Source of the DNA: Nemertoderma westbladi | Lineage: Eukaryota > Animalia > Xenacoelomorpha | Length of the DNA stretch: 64,000 nucleotides | Reading direction: 5' to 3' | Assembly: GCA_032718475.1 (NCBI GenBank) | Contig: JAUCBJ010008015.1 | Coordinates: forward strand, 1 to 64,000 | Shown: positions 38,525 to 49,500 of the stretch, piece after piece | Position numbering within the stretch: the stretch's first letter is position 1 | Layout: each line of letters starts with the position of its first letter | The notes under the pieces: generated by a model | What the model was told of the DNA's origin: nothing | Seen by the model: only the letters and a program-made list of their open reading frames with translations | Databases searched by the model: none | Position numbers and translations under genes: made by a program

Positions 38525-39431
38525 CTAATTAATTAATTAACAACGTAATTAGAAGGTAAAGTTATATTCTGTGAAAACAATAAACAATTATAATAAAATC
38601 AGAAGACATTCAGTATTAACATTGAACTTGTGCATTGAACTTTAAAGCGGCGCGGCCGTGTGTTGGTCTATACTACTGTAGGACAGAAGGACACCACGGT
38701 CAAAAGAAAATATCAATTTCTCGTCTCATCAACAATCCTTTATTTTTTTTCTGAAGCACTTCAACATTTTTTGCAGATCCTTAAAGGCTCTCGGCTACCT
38801 TGGCTATACGGCTGTCAAATATCGATTTGAAAATAAATACGGATCTGTTTCCGATATTTTCACACACGGCTTCAAACATTGTAACTTTAATAAAACGCTT
38901 AGCAACGCCCCCTTCGCTGACGGCAGCCCCTCCCCCCCAATTGACGTCTACATTCGCACTATATCGATAACAAGGAACAATTTGGACATATTTTTTGTTT
39001 AGCAAATTTGTATCACTACCAAAATCCAGGTCTCGAATTATTTCACGTAAAATATATTATTACACAATTAATTATAAATATAAAAGCAATGTAGTTAGTT
39101 AGTTTGTGTGTGCTTAACGATTTAGTGACAGGGGAATTCGTCTGGACCACTCCAGTCACGTAAATCTTTTACAAAACGACAAATAATTATATGTTATATT
39201 TACAAGGCAAATAATATACGAATAGCGTACAATGATTGTAATGGATTTGACTGTAATATACTGTAGTTGTGAGAATTTATACATTAAATTTGTCTCAAAT
39301 AAATATAGAAAATGAAGTGATTTCATGAGATTATGATCTAATTGATTGAACAATTGTGAACAATATGAACTGTATGCTACATAGCAACATAATATAGAAA
39401 ACTTAAGTCTGGGCGACTGATTTACGGGAAT

Positions 39432-42063
39432 CTCGTGTCTAGACAACTCGTGTCTGGACAACTCGTGTTGTACAACTCGTGTCTGTACAACTCGTGTCTA
39501 GACAACTCGTGTCTGGACAACTCGTGCCCGGATAACTCGTGTCTGGACAACTCGTGTCTGGACAACTCGTGTCTGTACAACTCGTGCCCGGATAACTCGT
39601 GTCTGGACAACTCGTGTCTGGACAACTCGTGTCTGTACAACTCGTGTCTGTACAATTCGTGTCTGGACAACTCGTGTCTGGACAACTCGTGTCTGGACAA
39701 CTCGTGTCTGTACAACTCGTGTCTGTACAATTCGTGTCTGGACAACTCGTGTCTGGACAACTCGTGTCTGTACAACTCGTGTCTGTACAACTAGTGTCTG
39801 TACAATTCGTGTCTGGACAGCTCGTGTCTGGACAACTCGTGTTTAGACAGCTCGTGTCTAGATAACTCGTGTCTGGACAACTCGTGTCTGGACAACTCGT
39901 GTCTGGACAATTCGTGTCTGGACAACTCGTGTCTGGTCAACTCGTGTCTGGACAACTCGTGTCTGTACAACTCGTGTCTGGAAAACTCGTGTCTGGACAA
40001 ATCGTGTCTGGATAACTCGTGCCTGGACAACTCGTGTTTAGACAACTCGTGTCTGGACAACTCGTGTCTGTACAACTCGTGTCTGTACAACTCGTGTCTG
40101 TACAACTCGTGTCTGGAAAACTCGTGTCTACGTAACTCGTGTCTGGATAACTCGTGTCTGGACAACTCGTGTCTGGACAACTCGTGTCTGTACAATTCGT
40201 GTCTGGACAACTCGTGTCTGGACAACTCGTGTCTGGACAACTCGTGTCTGTACAACTCGTGTCTGTACAACTAGTGTCTGTACAACTCGTGTCTGGACAA
40301 CTCGTGTCTGCGCAACTCGTGTCTGCGCAAATCGTGTTTAGACAGATCGTGTCTGGACAACTCGTGTCTGGACAACTCGTGTCTGTACAATTCGTGTCTG
40401 GACAACTCGTGGCTGCACAACTCGTGTCTGGACAACTCGTGTCTGAACAACTCGTGTCTGTACAACTCGTGTCTGTACAACTCGTGTCTGTACAACTCGT
40501 GTCTGTATAACTCGTGTCTGGACAACTCGTGTCTGCGCAACTCGTGTCTGTGCAACTCGTGTTTAGACAGCTCGTGTCTGTGCAACTCGTGTTTAGACAG
40601 CTCGTGTCTGGGACAAATCGTGTCTGAACAACTCGTGTCTGGACAACTCGTGTCTGTACAATTCGTGTCTGAACAACTCGTGTCTGGACAACTCGTGTCT
40701 GGACAACTCGTGTCTGTACAACTCGTGTCTGTACAACTAGTGTCTGTACAACTCGTGTCTGGACAACTCGTGTCTGCGCAACTCGTGTCTGTGCAACTCG
40801 TGTTTAGACAGATCGTGTCTGGATAACTCGTGTCTGGACAACTCGTGTCTGGACAACTCGTGGCTGCACAACTCGTGTCTGGACAACTCGTGTTTGAACA
40901 ACTCGTGTCTGTATAACTCGTGTCTGGACAATTCGTGTCTGGACAACTCGTGTCTGGACAACTCGTGTCTGTACAACTCGTGTCTGGAGAACTCGTGTCT
41001 GGACAACTCGTTTCTGTACAACTCGTGTCTGGACAACTCGTGTCTAGACAACTCGTGTCTGTACAACTCGTGTCTGTACAACTCGTGTCTGGAAAACTCG
41101 TGTCTGCGTAACTCGTGTCTGGATAACTCGTGTCTGGACAACTCGTGACTGGACAACTCGTGTCTGGAAAACTCGTGTCTGTACAACTCGTGTCTGTACA
41201 ACTCGTGTCTGGAAAACTCGTGTCTGCGTAACTCGTGTCTGGATAACTCGTGTCTGGACAACTCGTGTCTGGACAACTCGTGTCTGTACAATTCGTGTCT
41301 GGACAACTCGTGTCTGTACAACTCGTGTCTGTACAACTAGTGTCTGTACAACTCGTGTCTGGACAACTCGTGTCTGCGCAACTCGTGTCTGCGCAACTCG
41401 TGTTTAGACAGATCGTGTCTGGACAACTCGTGTCTGGACAACTCGTGTCTGTACAATTCGTGTCTGGACAACTCGTGGCTGCACAACTCGTGTCTGGACA
41501 ACTCATGTCTGAACAACTCGTGTCTGTACAACTCGTGTCTGTACAACTCGTGTCTGTAAAACTCGTGTCTGTATAACTCGTGTCTGGACAACTCGTATCT
41601 GCGCAACTCGTGTCTGTGCAACTCGTGTTTAGACAGCTCGTGTCTGCGCAACTCGTGTTTAGACAGATCGTGTCTGGACAACTCGTGTCTGTACAATTCG
41701 TGTCTGGACAACTCGTGGCTGCACAACTCGTGTCTGGACAACTCATGTCTGAACAACTCGTGTCTGTACAACTCGTGTCTGTACAACTCGTGTCTGTAAA
41801 ACTCGTGTCTGCGCAACTCGTGTCTGGACAACTCGTGTCTGCGCAACTCGTGTCTGTGCAACTCGTGTTTAGACAGATCGTGTCTGGATAACTCGTGTCT
41901 GGACAACTCGTGGCTGCACAACTCGTGTCTAGACAAGTCGTGTTTGAACAACTCGTGTCTGTACAACTCGTGTCTGGACAACTCGTGTCTGGACAACTCG
42001 TGTCTGTACAACTCGTGTCTGGACAACTCGTGTCTAGACAACTCGTGTCTGTACAACTCGTGT
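39432..42063. repeat. 15-bp minisatellite, ~175 copies, with higher-order blocks
   Basis: Unit CTCGTGTCTG(GAC/TAC/CGC/TGC/AAC...)AA; source of the spurious (RHELS)n, (DTSCP)n and (SGQLV)n ORFs. Confidence 0.95.
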
Positions 42064-42084
42064 GGTTGCATTGAATTCATATAA

Positions 42085-42325
42085 CTCGTAGGTCGCGGAT
42101 TAAATCCCCGCATGGGGGCCAAGGCAGTTTTCGTTTCGGCACGAATGCCTTAAAGGCACCAGCCGGAGCGCATATCTGCTTTGCATCCTTAAATGGTAGG
42201 TAAATGAGTACTGGAGTTTCCTCTGGGGAGTAAAGTTCTGGGGGGACCGCACTGGAAATAAGTCATCAGACTTTGTTTAGTAATAACCCCTGGCCTAACG
42301 GCCGAAGATAATTTACTTTTACTTT
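42085..42325 (+). mobile_element. Divergent SINE-like element
   Basis: Degenerate B-box-like GTAGGTCGCGGATTAAATCC, core TGCATCCTT...GTAAATGAGTACTGG related to the other SINE core, and a (TTTAC)n tail. Confidence 0.45.
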
Positions 42326-42567
42326 AATGTAACAATAAAATATAAACTATATATATTTGGTTTATTATTTTGATTATTGTTTGTTGGTTATGGCTAAACT
42401 GTTGGACTTGATGACTTAGAGTTAGTGTTACATGTTAGTTACATTTAGGGTTTGCGTCACTAGAGTAACCAGCGCAAAAAAAAACGCGAAATTCTGACAG
42501 CTTATTTTATATTTTTAACTTATTTTAATACTTAATATTATTTTTTAATTTAATAATTAAATCTCAC

Positions 42568-42690
42568 CTCGCAAACGAACTGTATATTTTTCGCGGTTTT
42601 GGTAACAGTTAGCGAGACGGGTGAAAGTCTGAAATCGTAATTGTATTGGCTGGAATCGAGTTTAACGTTGGCAACCTGAGACTGCAGACT
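42568..42690 (-). CDS. aGPCR exon: end of Ig1 and start of Ig2
   Basis: ttacag|SLQSQVANVKLDSSQYNYDFRLSPVSLTVTKTAKNIQFVCE|gtgaga; 123 bp, phase 0-0. Confidence 0.75.
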
Positions 42691-42799
42691 CTGTAATGGA
42701 GAAATTAATGAGTTTGTTGTAAAGATTCTATGAGTTTTGTCGACCAACATAGGTTATCGTGCGCTCCTAACCAACACAACATTGAGTTCATTAACTCAC

Positions 42800-43077
42800 C
42801 TCTTCAGCACCAAACACAACTAGTTTCACATCGCAGCGATATCGGATAACGTCGACATCGTCACCGTAAGACTTGTCAGTTAGTTCGCTCTCGTGTCTAT
42901 TGTTACCGCATCTACGGGTTGTTTGTTCTGTGGGCGACGGGTTTATATCTCGTACGTTCACGCCGTCCCTGTACCATTCCACGACGGTGCCGGAAGGGGG
43001 ACCCGTGTAGGTGCACGTCAGATAGATGGGGTTACCTCGGGGGAGAATCTGATCCTCGGGTTTAATAGCAGGTTCGT
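42800..43077 (-). CDS. aGPCR exon: Ig domain
   Basis: EPAIKPEDQILPRGNPIYLTCTYTGPPSGTVVEWYRDGVNV...IRYRCDVKLVVFGAEE (LxC, WYRDG, YxC); 278 bp, phase 1 to 0. Confidence 0.88.
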
Positions 43078-43332
43078 CTAAAGATTATATAAATTCATAT
43101 TTCACGATTCTGTTGATATAAAATGCCAGTCAATGCCGCACTAAAAGACTTGGAGGGAAGTTGCGACGTGTCGATTTCTACAGCTGTACAAATAGACAGA
43201 CAAACAAACTGAGCATTTTTATATATATACTGTATGATTATACATTCTATGAATCTTTGACAAAATTCTAACAATAACACATATCAACTAATTACAATTA
43301 ATTAATTAATTACCCCATACTATAGAACTCAC

Positions 43333-43571
43333 TTATAGTTTGCTGTGCTTTAATCGTGTTTACCGGCAACCCACTCCTCACTATCTCTTTACTAAAACCC
43401 GCTGATTCTAATATGTAATATGGTTCTTAATTTATTTCCCGTTATATTTCCCTCCCCCCTCCCCCGATTTCCATTACTGAACGGTATATCTAATTAAATC
43501 AATAATCTGGTATTTTCAATATTCACTGTTACCCTTTCAAACTCCTTTTCTTCCATTATGATTCTTTCAAC
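43333..43571 (-). pseudogene. aGPCR exon: SEA-like domain part 2, with TAA and 7-bp duplication
   Basis: VERIIMEEKEFERVTVNIENTRLLI*LDIPF...KLRTIL/ESAGFSKEIVRSGLPVNTIKAQQTI. Removing one TAATATG copy gives 232 bp, restoring phase 0 to 1. Confidence 0.65.
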
Positions 43572-43905
43572 CTAAAATATAATTATATTAATATTATTAA
43601 TTATTAATAAAAACAAACTCAGTATAAATAACTCATTATTATATTTGGATACAGTACAGAGTGATCCAGGCAATCAGCTGATCTGAAGGTTAAGTCGTGG
43701 GAGGCTTTGGGAAGAGGCCAAGCTAAAGAGGACATTAGAGTGATTGATGTTACAAATAAATACATTTTGTCCCCCAAGTAATAAAGGGTATCGAATCGAA
43801 GTGAGTCCTGAGTAAACCATAAGGAAAAAAATTATTTAAGAATATAAAAAACTACGATTCCAACAGTTTGTTGACCTAACATCGGTTTAGAGACAAGTCA
43901 CTCAC

Positions 43906-44015
43906 TGCTTGTCTGGTTTCTGCGTCCTCTTTAAGCGCACGTAGCAACTCCGAACCTTCCACTAAGTCGGCCTTCACTACCTGAACGAGGACAATTACCT
44001 TACAGGATTCGTAAA
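43906..44015 (-). CDS. aGPCR exon: SEA-like domain part 1 (most 5' exon found)
   Basis: ttttag|YESCKVIVLVQVVKADLVEGSELLRALKEDAETRQA|gtgagt; 110 bp, phase 1 to 0. Confidence 0.6.
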
Positions 44016-46244
44016 CTAAAACTATAAAAACTATCTATTATCAAAAACTGACATATAATACAGTAAAGTCAGGCATTTTTCTAAATTCTTTACCTGAACT
44101 TCAAGTTGTTCGGACATATTGTTCGGAAATAAAACAAGGTTGAACACTTACTGTATACAACAATACATACATGATCGGTATGCACTATGTTGCTAGACGC
44201 TTGTGCTGTGCTCTGGTGTAACAGTCTGCTGCTGGTGAGAAGAAACGTGATGGACAGCCTGCTCCTCAAATTAGATCCAATCCGATTCAATTCAATTCAA
44301 ATCCTATTCCCCATTAAAATAATTATATTTGTGTGTTACAGAAGCAAACAAATAACGATTACATATGATTTGAAGACAAATAATACTGTTATATATTACT
44401 GGGAGGCACCAACTAATAGCATAGCTCGTCAATGTTGGTGCTTGGGGGAAAGAGGGGGGGGGGGGGGGGGGGGGGGTTGGGGGAGTGGGAAGGGGGGTTG
44501 TCTTAATTTGATATCAAAAAGTAACGTCCTATATAATTTTGAAGGTTGGGATTTGAGTAAAACTGTTGTTGAAGGTATCGTATAAGTGCAGCGTTGGCTA
44601 GAGCGGAAAGATGGAAATGCTTGCATATAGGGGTGAACTAGGAAAGTATATATATCGGTTGAGTGCTCTTGTTGCTGGGTCTGCCAGCACTACACCTTAG
44701 TGCAAGCCGATTACCTTAATCGTGCACTATGGTGCAGTGCAGATACGCAGAATCAAAGATGCCCCCGAATCACTCGGTCAGTCATGTACCTTCTCAGTTC
44801 GGCGTTGGACAGTGTTCCATTAACGAAATAATGTAGGCGAAGTTAATTTATTGACTGATCGCCATGTTTGTTTAGACCAGTTGGTTAACAGAGAAAAGGT
44901 CGCAAACAGGCTGCCGGCGATAGCTATGGACGGTCAGATTTAGATTGTGAATCAACACCACTGTGTTTTGTATTTGGTGATTTTAACGCCGCAATATCTA
45001 CAATATTTTATAGCCATCTTTTAGATTGGGCCGCAGATAGTAATTTGCATCTGTGTGATACAATGTTTCAACCTCAAGATACTTTCACTTTCGTTAGTAC
45101 GGCTCATGGCAGCACATCGTGGCTCGACCATGCTATAAGTACAGGTACCCTGCTCCCATATTTACGAGATTTTAATGTGCATTATAACTTGGCAATATCG
45201 GACCACTTTCCTGTGTCATGTAAAATTAATTTACAGTACAGTTTACTAAGTAGTACGGATGATATTAACATTGGTGCTACTGAACAAAAATGTGCCCGGC
45301 TTGATTGGTGCAAAGCGTCACCCCAGCAACTTTCTGCTTACGATAATAATCTCAATGTATTGCTGTCGCAAATAGATACCAATTGCATAGGTGCTAATAA
45401 CGGTGAGTCTATTTTATGTACAGAGCATAAATCATGCATAGATTATTATTATAAATGTATAGTTGACTGCTTGTTAAGGGCAGCTGAATCGTCTATTCCT
45501 TCGAAAAAATCAGCCAATAGTGGAGCAAACAGAAATGTTCCCGGTTGGAACGATTTCCTGCGAGATAAATATAATTTATCCCGCCGTTTCTTTCTAATTT
45601 GGAAAAGTAATGGCTGTCCGAGAAATGGGCTCATATATGAGGAATACACGAAATCGAGATTTAACTTCAAGCGCTACATGCGCGAGTGCAAACGTAACGC
45701 AAACCAGATCCGCAGCGACAAATTAGCTGAGTTAATTTACTCGAACAACCAGAACGAATTTTGGAATAATGTCCGTAAACAGACGGGTGTTTCTACACCA
45801 CTGTCTAATAAAGTGGGCAGTGCGGTACGTGAAAAAGAGGTTTGCGATATGTTTAAAAATAAATTTGAAACTTTATACAATGCGAACCAACCTGAGCCCC
45901 ATAAAGCTGAGGTTGATCGTAAACTTGAAGGTATTAAATTTTGTGAATCAATGATTGTAACTCCGATAGAGGTGGTGTTTGCAATTGATAAGCTTGTTAC
46001 AGGTAAAGTTGCCGGCCCGGATGGCATTTCTTGTGAATTTTTTATAAATGGTACTAAATCTCTATATGTTCACTTAGCAAATGTATTCACCTGTTTTAAT
46101 GTTCATAGTTATATACCCGATGATTTTATGCGTTGTAACCTAATTCCTTTACTTAAAGACAAGAATGACGATATTACATCGCCCGACAATTATCGTGGCA
46201 TAGCCATTGCCACAATTATGAGTAAGATATTTGAACATGTATAT

Positions 46245-46419
46245 TGGTATGTTCTGCCATAGGCAGTCAACTGAACAATAAATAGCAATGTTCCAACCAG
46301 ATATGTTATATTGCAGTATGGACTAAATGATACCGGTAGTAGTAAAGTACCCCAGTAGGAATCGACTTAGGTCCTACTAAGGTTTGTAATGACCTCCACC
46401 ATTATATTAATATCTCCCA
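46245..46419 (-). repeat. 3' LTR of Gypsy element
   Basis: Identical by eye to 51880-52054. Confidence 0.95.
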
Positions 46420-46542
46420 ACTCCCTTTCATAAAGATATATTCATTGCTAGTATTAAATTAATCAAGTAATGAATATATCGAAATATAACTTAACTCAGT
46501 TAAATGTTTTAGAATACTTAAAACTGGTAATATATTATGTAG

Positions 46543-49500
46543 TTATTTGGGACTACCCAAACGCTTGTAGATCAGTTTATCGGGCTTAACTCGCTGCCGG
46601 GTGCTCCTTCGAACTGAATTCCATGATGAGTCTGATTGTACTGGAATCATTTGATTCGTCTCATTTGCATTAGTGTTTCTTTGTGTATGTTTCCACTCTG
46701 AACCGCAAAGCTCCTGCTGAACAGGTCGCAAGAAGAGTCGATTTCGATACAATGCTCGACCAGATTCAAGTTTGATCCGATATCTCCGATGGTTCGAGGT
46801 ATCAATAACTGTGGCTAAACGATCCCATCGTTTGGTGACTGGATTTTGTACAAGAACTGTTGTACCATTCTCGATCGGGGTCAACGCAACAGCAGAACGA
46901 TCGTGGTAAAATTGTCTCTTTACTGCATTTCTTAGTCGTGAACAATCCGCTTTGTCTGCACTTTTCTGCCAATCAGCAGAATAATATTGCCAATGAACAG
47001 GGAGTAGAGACCTTGTAGGGTGTCCAAATACTCGCTGTGAAGGTGACAATCCGTCCTTGTTCGGAGTATTCAATAATTCGATCACACCAGCTATATATTC
47101 ATCGCTTGTAATATCACCTCCTGTTTTTGCTAATAAATATTTCATTTTCTTTACATTGACTTCAGCGTGGCCATTCCCTTTTGGGTATCTAGGAGAAGAT
47201 GGTGACCAAGTAATTCCCCATTGTTTAAAGAATAACTGCATTTCTTCTGAAGCAAATTGAGGACCTTGATCTGAAGACAACTCATTTGGAATACCAGTCA
47301 TAGAAAAGTAACGTTTGAACACAGAAATTGTATCAGTAGATGATGGATGGCTAACAAATTTTTCTGTTGTAGTATATCCTGAATATCTGTCAGCTATAAT
47401 AATGTAATGTTGACCCGCATATTCATAAAAATCTGTTGATACAGATACAAATGCTCTTGGTGGAATATCCCGTTGTATCATTGGCTCCTGGATTTGTGAC
47501 GGGCGGTAGAGTTGACAATCATGACATGATTCAATTGTTTTAATTATGTCATATGTATATCCTGGCCAATATACAGTTTGCCTTGCACGACGTTTAGTTT
47601 TTTCAATACCTTGATGGCTAGCATGTAATCGATGTAATATATTTTTCACTGAATTTGGTGGTATTACAATTTGACAGCCACGGAGAATTAAATTGTCATC
47701 TAATGACAGTTCGTCTTTAATGTTTTTAAACTGTTCAATGTAGTCAGACTTAATAGAAGATGGGAAATCATTTAAAATTGCAAGAATAAGTTGTCTGTAA
47801 TCTGGGTCTTTTTGAGCATTTTCTCGAAGGTCATCTAATATTAGATCAGGTATTTCATTTGCAGAAGTTATTGCGACATTAACAATCAATTCTGATTGTT
47901 CAGCGATAAGTTCATCAATGAAATAGTCGTCTTCCTGTGGTTCACTCGTCGGGGCCCTTGAAAGGGCATCTGGAATGAAATGCTCTTTTCCTCTTTTCCA
48001 ACATACGGTGAAACTATATGGTGTGAGTTTGGAACGGTAATTTAATACACGAGTGTTTTCTATATCGACTAGACCATATTGGTTGAATAGCGATACAAGG
48101 GGTTTATGATCAGTGATAACTTGGAAGGATGGTAAACCCGCTAAGTAGACGTGACACTTCTTAATGGCCCAAAGAATAGCCAGAGCCTCCAGTTCTACTG
48201 CAGCATAACGTGTCTCTACATCTCTAATGAATCGACTACCACATTGTATTAGTCGCCATTCGTTATCCTGTTTTTGCAATAACGCAAAACCAAGTCCATG
48301 GGAACGGGATGCATCAGTTTGGAGTGATGTTTCTGCTGATGGGTCGAACATTCCAAGTATGGGTGGTGATACAAGTAATTTTTTCAAATTTTCAAATATG
48401 TTAGTATGTTCTTGGAGCCACATAAATTCATTCTTTGTTTGTAGGAGCTGGCGAAGTGGGCTGGCTACAGCTGCGATTTCTTTACAAAATGATCCCAATT
48501 GATTTGTTAATCCTAGAAAACTTCTCAGGTCGGTTCGACTACAAGGGGTTGGGAAATCAGAGATTGCATCAATTTTTTTTTTGTCTGCTCTAATGGAACC
48601 ATGTGAAATGGAATATCCAACAAAATTTATTTTATTGCTACATAAGATACTTTTATCTTTGTTTATGGTGATGTTATGTTTAGTGCATCTTTCTAGAACA
48701 TTACATACTATGCGTACCAATTCTTGGAGTGTGGGAGCTCCGATGCCAACATCATCTATAACTTTATTCACATTTAATCCTGTGAGAGCACAGTCGCCAC
48801 GATATGAGTAACTATCCCCAGTGGATACAAAACCCATTGGGGATCTCAAGAATTTGAACTTGCCAAATGGTGTTATGAAAACTGTTAAATCTTGTGAGGT
48901 TGAATCTAATTCCATCTGCCAATAACCCTTAGTGAAATCCAATTTGGCGAAATATTTATCTGTTGGTGTAAATCCGTTAATCGCCTCAGCGGGAGTTTTG
49001 GTATGATAAGAAGTTCTTTGAACTTGGTTGTTTAGTTTCGTTAGATCAACACATAATCTGACATCACCATTTGGTTTGGGGATGACGACTAGTGGATGAC
49101 ACCACTTCGTTGGTATATCTCCTACTGACTCAATTATTTTGCTTTTGATCATATACTCTATGTTTTTTCTGACTTTGTCCAATAAAGCATATGGTATTTG
49201 GCGAGCTGTATGGATGGCATAGGGGACAGCATCTTGCTTTAGACTGATAGACATCGGACTTCCAACTTCACCACCTTTCATAGTTTTTAATTCGATTGAA
49301 TCATGGAAGACTTGAGAATATATAGTTTTTAGCTTATTATTGATTTCGAGTATTATTTGATCATCCATTGAACAGTTTTTTGGCAGATCATTAATCCAAC
49401 TTTCTCGATCAGACCAAACATCAGATAATGGCTGTGTGTCCTTCTTTATGTTATTTATATTAGTATTCTCATTTTTGGGATAGGGGAAATGAGAACTAAC

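Larger units (their letters stand above)
3832..44015 (-). pseudogene. Adhesion GPCR ectodomain gene (SEA-like, Ig, Ig-like, HormR, GAIN/GPS), disabled; 7TM exons and signal-peptide exon not found in window
   Basis: 11 exons with GT-AG boundaries and matching phases once the 7-bp duplication is removed: 43906-44015, 43333-43571, 42800-43077, 42568-42690, 38274-38524, 36068-36308, 35047-35247, 21005-21205, 11823-12007, 11150-11256, 3832-3989. Lesions: TAA at 43494-43496, 7-bp duplication at 43409-43422, TAA at 21107-21109. Confidence 0.8.

Noticed and set aside
39422-42122. Long His/Arg- or Cys-rich repeat proteins (RHELS, DTSCP, SGQLV)
   Set aside because: Open in several frames on both strands because the 15-bp unit lacks stops; no splice or start context; the aGPCR exons on either side join in phase without it.
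42749-42766. 18-nt microexon ERTITY between the two Ig exons
   Set aside because: It would need a 33-nt upstream intron; direct splicing 42800 to 42690 gives a canonical Ig G-strand (GAEESLQSQVANVKL).
44280-44640. LINE 3' tail (TTGAA repeats and G-run) and 132-aa Gly-rich ORF
   Set aside because: The ORF arises from a G homopolymer; the tail-like signal is too weak to assign a family.
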